Source of the DNA: Planctomycetales bacterium
GTDB taxonomy: Bacteria; 4484-113; JAFGCY01
Direction: 5' to 3'
Assembly (NCBI GenBank): GCA_022646745.1
Contig: CP060262.1
Coordinates: 2,130,001 to 2,162,000 of the forward strand
DNA length: 32,000 bases
Numbering within the stretch: position 1 is the stretch's first letter; each line of letters begins with the position of its first letter. Positions 1 to 8,153 of the stretch are shown piece by piece. Both the position numbers and the translations under genes were made by a program. Under the pieces are notes generated by a model that worked only from the letters and a program-made list of their open reading frames with translations, did not search any database and was not told the origin of the DNA.

Positions 1-518
1 CCGAGCCGCTGGTGGTCGGGCCGGGCACGAAGACCGGGCTGGACATCCAGTACGAGGACCCGCGCCAGGTCGGTGCCGACCGGATTGTCAACGCGGTGGC
101 CGCCATCGAGCGCCATGGCCCGCCGCTGATCGCCGTCGACTTCGGCACCGCAACCACCTTCGACGTGGTGCTGGCACCGAATGTCTACCTCGGCGGGATC
201 ATCATCCCGGGCATCACCATCTCGCTTGATTCACTGGTCAGCCGCACGGCCAAGCTGCCCAAGGTGGAGCTGAGCCATGTGGAGCGCATCGTCGGCCGCA
301 ACACCTCTGAAAGCATCCGCAGCGGCATGCTCAACGGCACAGGTGCACTGGTTGATGAACTGGTGGACCGTATCTGCGAGGAGCAGCAGATCGAGCCGAC
401 GGTTCTGGCAACCGGCGGATTCGCGGAGCTTGTGCGTGACTACAGCCGCCGCATCCAGTTCGTGGAGCCGGACCTGACCCTGCATGGCCTGCGCCTGATC
501 TGGGAACGCAATAAATAG
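1..518 (+). CDS. coaX: Type III pantothenate kinase (CoaX), 5'-truncated by the window edge
   Basis: The frame is open from the window edge to TAG at 516-518. The translation (GADRIVNAVAA, AVDFGTATTFDVV, GGIIIPGI, RTAKLP, GRNTSESIRSG, ATGGFAELV) matches conserved type III PanK motifs. About 170 aa of an expected ~250 aa are present. Confidence 0.85.
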   Translation, partial: EPLVVGPGTKTGLDIQYEDPRQVGADRIVNAVAAIERHGPPLIAVDFGTATTFDVVLAPNVYLGGIIIPGITISLDSLVSRTAKLPKVELSHVERIVGRNTSESIRSGMLNGTGALVDELVDRICEEQQIEPTVLATGGFAELVRDYSRRIQFVEPDLTLHGLRLIWERNK

Positions 519-524
519 GAACTA

Positions 525-748
525 GGAGCTGGGACATAGGGTGTAGCGGAAAGCTGCGCACTTCCATCCCTTTTGCTCTACCCCGGCTCCTATATCCTAA
601 ACCCTCGTCTTCTACGTCTTACACCCCAGCTCCCAGCACCTCGTCTGCTACGCCCAACACCCCAGCTCCCAGCACCTCGTCTGCTACGCCCTACACCCCA
701 GCTCCCAGCACCTCGCCTGCTACCCCCTACACCCTATGTCCTAGCTCC
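525..748. repeat. Composite repeat: 22-nt inverted arms enclosing about four tandem 36-bp units
   Basis: Left arm 525-546 (ggagctgggacatagggtgtag) is the reverse complement of right arm 727-748 (ctacaccctatgtcctagctcc) with 1 mismatch. Tandem units lie at 603-638, 639-674, 675-710 and 711-746 (the last degenerate), consensus cctcgtctgctacgcccNacaccccagctcccagca. Confidence 0.85.
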
Positions 749-2658
749 TCATTGATCACATGTCTTGTGCGCCGATCCACGCCGTACAGCGCTTCCACCA
801 GGCTGTCCAGTTCCGCCAGCAGTTCAGTGTTGCCATTATCCCCAGCCAGCTGCCTGGACAGCTCAGCAATGCGCGCAGACTGCCGGCCCCTTCGCAATGG
901 CAATCTCTCCAGCTGGCGCGGGCCGATGTTCAGTGCGCGGCTGGAGTAGGCCCGCAGCCCGAACAGTGAGCGGTACAGCCACTGCATCAGGCGCGAGTTG
1001 AGCAGCCCGCAGAGGAAGTCCAGCTCCGACTCAGGCATTTCAGCACGTGGCAGCAGCTGCACAGCCGCCTTGCCACAGAGGTAACTGCCTTCGTGGTCAG
1101 CCAGGCATTCGATGCGCGTGGCCAGCCCGGCGCACAGCAGCTTTGGGCTCGCTGCCTGCTCTGCCCTGGTTGGCAGCTCGGCCTGCAGCTTCCCAGGAAT
1201 GACAACGGGATGCTGCAGGTTCCGGCCGAGGTAGCGGCAGGGCTGGCTGCCCCACAGGGGCACAAACGGGTCGATCGTGCCGGTGTTCAGCAGGCGCGGA
1301 CCGCTGGCAGCTTCGTCGTCAACGAGCATGTCGCGGATGCGGTAGGCCTCATCGGTGGTGCAGCCATCACGGCAGTCGAACAGGTCCGCCAGGCTGCCGC
1401 CGCCCTCCAGCAGCTCCGCGATATAGCCCGCCGCCGCACTGTAGGCCGCGCACAGGTAGCCCTCCGGCAGGCGGCGGAGCAGGGACTGGCTGACTGCACT
1501 GGTCTCAAGCGGTTCGCCGCGTTGCAGGTTCACCGGCTGCCGCGGGTCGGCCGGCTGGCGGCGCAGCTGCAGTACACAGGACCAGACCTTCGCATCATGG
1601 AACACATCATCCGGCAGCAGCCTGACACGCTCCAGTTGCCAGTGCAGCAGTACATCCCGCTGCAGGGTGGCGGCGTAGTCCGCCGCAATGGCGCGCGTCG
1701 GCACCACCATGCACAGCCGGCCGCCATCCTTGAGCAGGTCCATACTGCGCTCGAGGAAGGGCACAAACAGGTCCCAGTTGCCCCGCGCGCAGCGATAGGC
1801 CCTGCGGATCTCCGAGCGGTAATCACGGTCATAGCGCTGCATGCCCTCTGAATCCACGTAGGGCGGGTTACCGATCACGAGGTCGAATCCCCTGTCTGCT
1901 GTACCCATTACATCGTCGGCTATCCAGTCCATGCCTGTGGGCTCACTAGCAAAGCTGGCCGGTATCCCTGGGGAAGGACCGCTCAGGGCGTCCGCGTGGA
2001 ACAGCTGCAGGGCCAGCGGATCGCCCGCAAAGCTCCCCGTGGCCCAGTAGCCCAGCAGGCGGCTGCACAGCGCCAGTGCATCGGCATCGATGTCGCAGCC
2101 ATGCAGGCTGTGCTCCACGATCCGCCGGCGCAGGACGCGCTCGCTTTCCCGGCTGAAGCCTTCGCCGCTGCGGATCAGGGCCAGGCGGGCCTGTTCAAGC
2201 ATTTCCTCCGCACAGCATATGAGGAAGGCCCCACAGCCGCAGCAGGGGTCCAGCAGGCGCGGGAACTGCACTTCATGGGTCAGTGCGTCCGGGATATAGT
2301 TCCAGCCATCCAGCAGCCTGGCAGACATCCTGCCGGCCAGCTCAAGCGGTGTATAGACCCGGCCACGGCGTTCAGTGCCTACGGGCTGTCCCAGGTAGTC
2401 GTGGATGTGCCCGATCGCCAGCAGGGCGGGGCAGGGGTCCGGCTGTGCGAGGGACTGTGACAGCATCCCGGCCACCTGGAAGAAGGAGTCGGGGGGAGCG
2501 GGATTGATGGCGACCGGGCCAACTGCTGCGAGATACTGCATCAGGTCCGCAAGCAGCAGGTCCCGCGCCTGCTGGCTGTCAATGCCGGGGTAGCAGTCGG
2601 CAAGGGCCTGTCCCGCCACTTGCAGGATCGCTTCAAGCTGTTCCCTTGCAGAACCCAT
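727..2658 (-). CDS. N6-adenine DNA methyltransferase, gamma-class (M.TaqI/Eco57I-like), no nuclease domain recognised
   Basis: 643-aa ORF. An AdoMet motif I-like DPCCGCGAF lies upstream of catalytic motif IV NPPY (VIGNPPYVDSE). The long C-terminal region is consistent with a target-recognition domain. ATG at 2658. Confidence 0.8.
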   Translation of the reverse strand: MGSAREQLEAILQVAGQALADCYPGIDSQQARDLLLADLMQYLAAVGPVAINPAPPDSFFQVAGMLSQSLAQPDPCPALLAIGHIHDYLGQPVGTERRGRVYTPLELAGRMSARLLDGWNYIPDALTHEVQFPRLLDPCCGCGAFLICCAEEMLEQARLALIRSGEGFSRESERVLRRRIVEHSLHGCDIDADALALCSRLLGYWATGSFAGDPLALQLFHADALSGPSPGIPASFASEPTGMDWIADDVMGTADRGFDLVIGNPPYVDSEGMQRYDRDYRSEIRRAYRCARGNWDLFVPFLERSMDLLKDGGRLCMVVPTRAIAADYAATLQRDVLLHWQLERVRLLPDDVFHDAKVWSCVLQLRRQPADPRQPVNLQRGEPLETSAVSQSLLRRLPEGYLCAAYSAAAGYIAELLEGGGSLADLFDCRDGCTTDEAYRIRDMLVDDEAASGPRLLNTGTIDPFVPLWGSQPCRYLGRNLQHPVVIPGKLQAELPTRAEQAASPKLLCAGLATRIECLADHEGSYLCGKAAVQLLPRAEMPESELDFLCGLLNSRLMQWLYRSLFGLRAYSSRALNIGPRQLERLPLRRGRQSARIAELSRQLAGDNGNTELLAELDSLVEALYGVDRRTRHVINEELGHRV

Positions 2659-2685
2659 GTGTGATCGCCCCGGATTGTAAGAAAC

Positions 2686-2713
2686 AAAAAAGAGCCCCGC
2701 CGTAGCGGGGCTC
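2686..2713 (-). terminator. Rho-independent terminator downstream of the Cys-rich protein gene
   Basis: Stem gagccccgc (2692-2700), loop cgta, stem gcggggctc (2705-2713). The A-run at 2686-2691 gives a T-run after the hairpin on the minus strand. It lies 25 nt past the stop at 2738. Confidence 0.75.
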
Positions 2714-2737
2714 CTTTAGTTCAGCTGAAAGACTGGT

Positions 2738-3820
2738 CTAGCCGCACTTGCCGCAACCGCAACCCTTGTTGCCGCCGCACTTGCCGCCGCACTTGTCCTT
2801 GCATCCGCACTTGGACTCGCACTTGCCGCACTTGGGCTTGCTGCAACCGCACTTGTCCTTGCATCCGCACTTGGACTCACACTTGTTGCACTTGTTGCAC
2901 TTGTTGGCGCACTTGTCCTTGCAACCGCAGGCGGACTTGGTCTCGCACTTGTTGCAACCGCCGCACTTGCTGCCGCACTTGCTCTTGCAGCCGCACTTGG
3001 GCTTGCTGCAACCGCACTTGGGCTTGTCACAACCACCGCAACCGCCGCACTTGCTACCGCAGGTGGTCTTGGCGCAGGGGCTGCAGGGCACGCAGGGAGC
3101 GCAGCACTCGACGTAGGCCTTCTTGATGTAGCAGCAGTCACAACCACCCTTGACCACATACTCGATGGTCATCGTGGGGACGTACTCCTTGTAGTTGGCG
3201 TCAACCGGAGCAAGACCGGAGGCATAGAAGGCGGCCTCAGAAGCGGGGCGCTTGCCGTACATGCACTCGTGGGTCTCGAAGGAACGCCACATGATCCACT
3301 GCACGATCTTGCAGGCAGCCTCGGTGTTGTCACAGAGGTTCCAGCACTCAGTGCCGCAGATGGCGATGTTGCAGCAACCGGGGCAAGCCATGTCGCAGCA
3401 GGGGCCGAACTGGCCGCTGATGTCGGAGGTCGCCACCAGGTTGTCGCCGGGAAGGTTCACCACACCATTGCTGGTCTGGATGTGGACTTCCACGTCGCCG
3501 CAGTCACCGGGGACATACATGATGTCGCCGTCGAAGTCCAGGGAACCGTCATCCGGATCAATGGCATCGCCGGTGTGGGCGGAGTTGAAGGTGCGCAGGG
3601 GAAGACCCTTGTCCACCATTGCCGCAAAGCTGGCGGGGAACTCGCCCCACGCGTTTGCATAACCGTGGGCGTACCAATAAAGGACCGCACCACTGCTGAC
3701 GGCTACATCATCCGCAGTGTAGCCGAACGCGTCTCCAGCTTCATCCTGAGCGAGTGCCATGCCCATACATGCACAGCATGTAAGGACTGCACCGAGCAGA
3801 ATAAGTGTAAAACGTTTCAT
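2738..3820 (-). CDS. Exported cysteine-rich protein with a C-terminal Cys/Lys/Gly repeat tail (function unknown)
   Basis: 360-aa ORF with SD GGGAGG upstream of ATG 3820 and a Sec-type signal MKRFTLILLGAVLTCCACMGMALA|QDE. It has internal Cys clusters and a ~122-aa tail of CGCK/KCxKC repeats. Confidence 0.75.
   Translation of the reverse strand: MKRFTLILLGAVLTCCACMGMALAQDEAGDAFGYTADDVAVSSGAVLYWYAHGYANAWGEFPASFAAMVDKGLPLRTFNSAHTGDAIDPDDGSLDFDGDIMYVPGDCGDVEVHIQTSNGVVNLPGDNLVATSDISGQFGPCCDMACPGCCNIAICGTECWNLCDNTEAACKIVQWIMWRSFETHECMYGKRPASEAAFYASGLAPVDANYKEYVPTMTIEYVVKGGCDCCYIKKAYVECCAPCVPCSPCAKTTCGSKCGGCGGCDKPKCGCSKPKCGCKSKCGSKCGGCNKCETKSACGCKDKCANKCNKCNKCESKCGCKDKCGCSKPKCGKCESKCGCKDKCGGKCGGNKGCGCGKCG
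2741..3106 (-). repeat. Coding low-complexity repeat array (Cys/Lys/Gly tail) inside CDS 2738-3820
   Basis: A 32-nt exact direct repeat occurs at 2787-2818 and 2847-2878 (60-bp period), with many degenerate gcacttg-based units. The translation repeats CESKCGCKDKCG. Confidence 0.8.
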
Positions 3821-3867
3821 TTCCAGCCTCCCTAACTATTCCGGACCTGCCGGTGGGTGAAAACTTG

Positions 3868-3895
3868 ATTATACACGTTTTTCAAATTTCCACAA
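3868..3895 (-). promoter_or_regulatory. Candidate sigma70-type promoter for the Cys-rich protein gene
   Basis: On the minus strand: TTGTGG (3895-3890), N16, TATAAT (3873-3868), about 48 nt upstream of ATG 3820 in an AT-rich spacer. Consensus match only. Confidence 0.4.
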
Positions 3896-4101
3896 CTTAT
3901 CAACAGGTATCAACCTGCTGGATGCGGAATCGGTATTCCCTGCACCGGGAAATAATACCCAGTGTCAGCACAGCTAAACAATAACACTTGTCCGCTGCGT
4001 ATGGAACAACCTGTCGTCGAAAATCACCAAAATTCTAGTTTATTACTTTTAATTTGGCAACCGTTTTCCCGATAATGTCCGCTAATTGAGGTGAAATCCC
4101 A

Positions 4102-5673
<1,572 letters not shown>

Positions 5674-5899
5674 TCATTACACCCCATATGGTTTCGTTGT
5701 CAGGCTTGACTATTATAGTGGCTGCGGACTGCCGCATCTGCCGGCCAGCTATCCCTCGAATCGGGTGGTAGCCCGGCGGCAAAATCCGTTTAACCTGGAA
5801 TTCACTTCCGTACGCTACATATATATAAGGTATATTTCAAGTATTCCGATTCGCTGTGAGAGACCAATATATTCTTTTTTGAAATATCGGTCTATGGGT

Positions 5900-5929
5900 G
5901 TAACATTTCCGTATCCATCAAGTTATAAT
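5900..5929 (+). promoter_or_regulatory. Candidate promoter upstream of the prepilin-type gene
   Basis: GTAACA (5900-5905), N18, TATAAT (5924-5929) in the AT-rich divergent intergenic region. An imperfect hairpin (5861-5870 / 5884-5893) lies just upstream. Consensus match only. Confidence 0.3.
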
Positions 5930-6018
5930 CAGTTTGAGATACGGTTGAGGCATCGGTAAACATTGGGGTTTTATTACCGCGGCCATCGGTTTCATCCGGC
6001 GAAATCAAGAGGAATGGA

Positions 6019-7200
6019 TTGACTGTCAGGACCAAGCAATCTGCGGGACAGCCAGGGGCCAAGGCTCCGTTCGTCCGTGGTTTCACCCTGATAGAGCTGA
6101 TGGTGGTGATCGTGATCATCGGCATCATCGCCGCAATCGCACTTCCCAACTACATCAAGATCAAGAACAAGGCCAAGGAAGCCGAGGTCAAGGCCAATGT
6201 CCACAACCTGCAGCTCACCATTGAGCGCTTCGCAGTGGACAACTCTTCCACATACCCGGCCTACCTGATCGGCGGAGACAATGCATCGCTCGTGATCCCC
6301 GACAGCGTGGACTTCGAGAACATCCCGGTGGTCACCCCGACCGATCCCGAGCTGGCCTCCGACCCGCTGATCCGCGACGGTTATGTCGATGCCTACCCGC
6401 GCAATCCCTTCATCAGCAATGGCAAGGCCGTGCACCGCTTCCAGAAGGGGGTCGGGGACCCGCTGCGCAATGCCTTCACGGTGAGCAACACCGCCGGCAC
6501 ACGCTTCGGTCCCAACGGCAACCTGATGGGCAACACCCTGTGTGAGGCCCGCTACACCTACTGGACCCCGGCGCATACGAAGGACGATGTGGCGCAGGCA
6601 AACCACACCTGGGCCGACATCCAGTATGAGTTCTACGATGTCTGGGAAGGCAATGAAGCCAAGCCCTTCCTGCCCGGCAGCTTCTTCTACAAGTCGATGG
6701 GTGACATCATGCCCTCGCCGGACCAGGAAAGCCGCCGCGACGTGATCGACTACAACGGCAAGAAGGCCATCCTGCCGCACAACAACCGCGACGAAGTGAC
6801 GATCCCGATCAACCGCTCGCACTACATGCTGGGCGCATGGGGCAGCAGCCGCACCAAGGGCCAGGACCTGCTCGGCGAGGAGCCTGTGGTGGTGTTCCCG
6901 TACACCGTACCGCCGACGCGCAAGTCCATGCAGTTCGTGTTCTTCTTCGACCCGATGATGCAGAACTTCTCGATCCCGGACGTCGGCTCGAATGACAACA
7001 AGATCGAGATCATGGCGATTCCGCCCTGGACCCGTGGTGTCAACAAGGGCCATGTCGGTCCGCTGTGGGGCAGCCCGTTCGGTGCCAGCTCCAACGGCAG
7101 CGACCAGCTCAGCTTCGGCAATGGCAACGGCGTGCGCGACGCGGTGATCCTCGTCCTGATGTCCGGCCAGTCCGACGGCGACGGGCGCATCATCAAGTAG
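6019..7200 (+). CDS. Prepilin-type N-terminal cleavage/methylation domain protein with a large (~340 aa) C-terminal domain
   Basis: Class III signal: basic leader, then G|FTLIELMVVIVIIGIIAAIALPNY with Glu at +5. The TTG start at 6019 follows AAGAGGA (6007-6013). The in-frame ATG at 6015 runs straight into a stop. Confidence 0.8.
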   Translation: MTVRTKQSAGQPGAKAPFVRGFTLIELMVVIVIIGIIAAIALPNYIKIKNKAKEAEVKANVHNLQLTIERFAVDNSSTYPAYLIGGDNASLVIPDSVDFENIPVVTPTDPELASDPLIRDGYVDAYPRNPFISNGKAVHRFQKGVGDPLRNAFTVSNTAGTRFGPNGNLMGNTLCEARYTYWTPAHTKDDVAQANHTWADIQYEFYDVWEGNEAKPFLPGSFFYKSMGDIMPSPDQESRRDVIDYNGKKAILPHNNRDEVTIPINRSHYMLGAWGSSRTKGQDLLGEEPVVVFPYTVPPTRKSMQFVFFFDPMMQNFSIPDVGSNDNKIEIMAIPPWTRGVNKGHVGPLWGSPFGASSNGSDQLSFGNGNGVRDAVILVLMSGQSDGDGRIIK

Positions 7201-7323
7201 CAGCCCGCATCATCACTGGCCTCCCGCCGCTCTTTCTGTACACCAAGTTTATTTAACCCTGTCCCCAAGCGCCTGCGCGCGGGTTAGACTCTGAGCAAAA
7301 CCGCTGACCGAAAGGAGTCAGTC

Positions 7324-7629
7324 ATGCAGTTCATAGTCTATACCCGCAGGGGGGATTCGCACGGGGCGACCATCGCCGGCCTGATACGCGCGCTGCTCAG
7401 CAGCCGCATGGTGGCCGGACATGTGCAGCTGATTGACGACCCGGACCTGCTGCGGATGAATTACATCTCCAACGTGCCAACTGTGATGCTCGACGGCAGC
7501 TACATCTCCAGCGGTTACGTGCCGACGCGCTCCGAGCTCGAAACAGCCATAGACCGCCGCCAGCAGGCGCTGGCTCTGAGCCGCAGCGTGTTCGAGAACA
7601 CCGGGGACAGCCGCCGCTGGCGCCGCTGA
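7324..7629 (+). CDS. Small thioredoxin-fold protein (Thioredoxin_3/MTH895-like) lacking the CxxC motif, paralog 1
   Basis: 101 aa with SD AAAGGAG upstream of the ATG. The pattern MQFIVYT..(CxxC position reads GDSH)..VQLIDDPDLL..VPTVMLDGSYISSGYVPTRSELE parallels redox-active single-domain thioredoxin-like proteins, including the cis-Pro (VPT). Confidence 0.65.
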   Translation: MQFIVYTRRGDSHGATIAGLIRALLSSRMVAGHVQLIDDPDLLRMNYISNVPTVMLDGSYISSGYVPTRSELETAIDRRQQALALSRSVFENTGDSRRWRR

Positions 7630-7751
7630 ACCAGGCCGCCGGATAATCAACATCTTTTCCACAAGCCAGCACAAATTCTGGTTAAATGAAGTTACACTGA
7701 CTCCAGTGGCGCTGCAGCAACAGGCTGCAGTCGGTATTCCGAGGAGTCAGG

Positions 7752-8063
7752 ATGCAATTCATTGTCTATACGAAGAAAGGCGATGCGATGACCATGGCCA
7801 TCGTGGGCCAGATCCGCTCCCTGCTCAGTGGCAAGGGGCTGACTGCCCAGGTGCAGCTGGTGGACGACCCCAACCTGCTTGCCATGAACGGCATTGAAAG
7901 CACACCGACAGTTGTGCTGGACGGAATGCCGATCTGCCAGGGCTACATCCCCTCCCGCACTGAGCTGGAGCGGGCGGTTGACCGCCAGATCAAGGCCCTG
8001 GCCAGCCGCGATCATGACAAGGAAGAGAGTTCCAGCCTCTACGGCCAGAACCGCCGCAGATAA
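7752..8063 (+). CDS. Small thioredoxin-fold protein lacking the CxxC motif, paralog 2
   Basis: 103 aa with SD GAGGAG upstream of the ATG. It aligns without gaps to the 7324-7629 product over ~80 aa (MQFIVYTKKGDAM..VQLVDDPNLL..TPTVVLDGMPICQGYIPSRTELE). Confidence 0.65.
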   Translation: MQFIVYTKKGDAMTMAIVGQIRSLLSGKGLTAQVQLVDDPNLLAMNGIESTPTVVLDGMPICQGYIPSRTELERAVDRQIKALASRDHDKEESSSLYGQNRRR

Positions 8064-8153
8064 TTCCGGCGGGATCCGCATCCTACCTGAAGTCAGCTGC
8101 TGCGCTTGTTATACTTATCAGCCTGAATCAATCCCATCCCAGGCAGCGGCAGC

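Noticed and set aside
603-746. Could the 36-bp repeats be a CRISPR array?
   Set aside because: The units are directly contiguous with no unique spacers, there are only about 4 copies, and no cas genes lie nearby. This is a tandem repeat, not a CRISPR array.
573-755. 60-aa ORF translating the 36-bp tandem repeat as (PRLLRPTPQLPA)n
   Set aside because: It is an artefact of a repeat whose length is a multiple of three. It has no ATG or RBS, lies between two convergent gene ends, and overlaps the methyltransferase 3' end.
2716-3159. Alternative-frame ORFs over the Cys-repeat tail (2716-3159 minus, Ala/Ser/Pro-rich; 2748-3116 plus, HLPPHL-type repeats)
   Set aside because: They are by-products of the DNA repeat in other frames. 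Only the 2738-3820 frame has a signal peptide, an SD, and a promoter and terminator in the right places.
6015-6029. 15-nt exact match tggattgactgtcag at 6015-6029 and 18573-18587
   Set aside because: For 32 kb, the expected number of chance 15-mer matches is of order 0.5 or more with biased composition. The flanks do not extend the match and the two contexts are unrelated (a gene start versus a 3' UTR).
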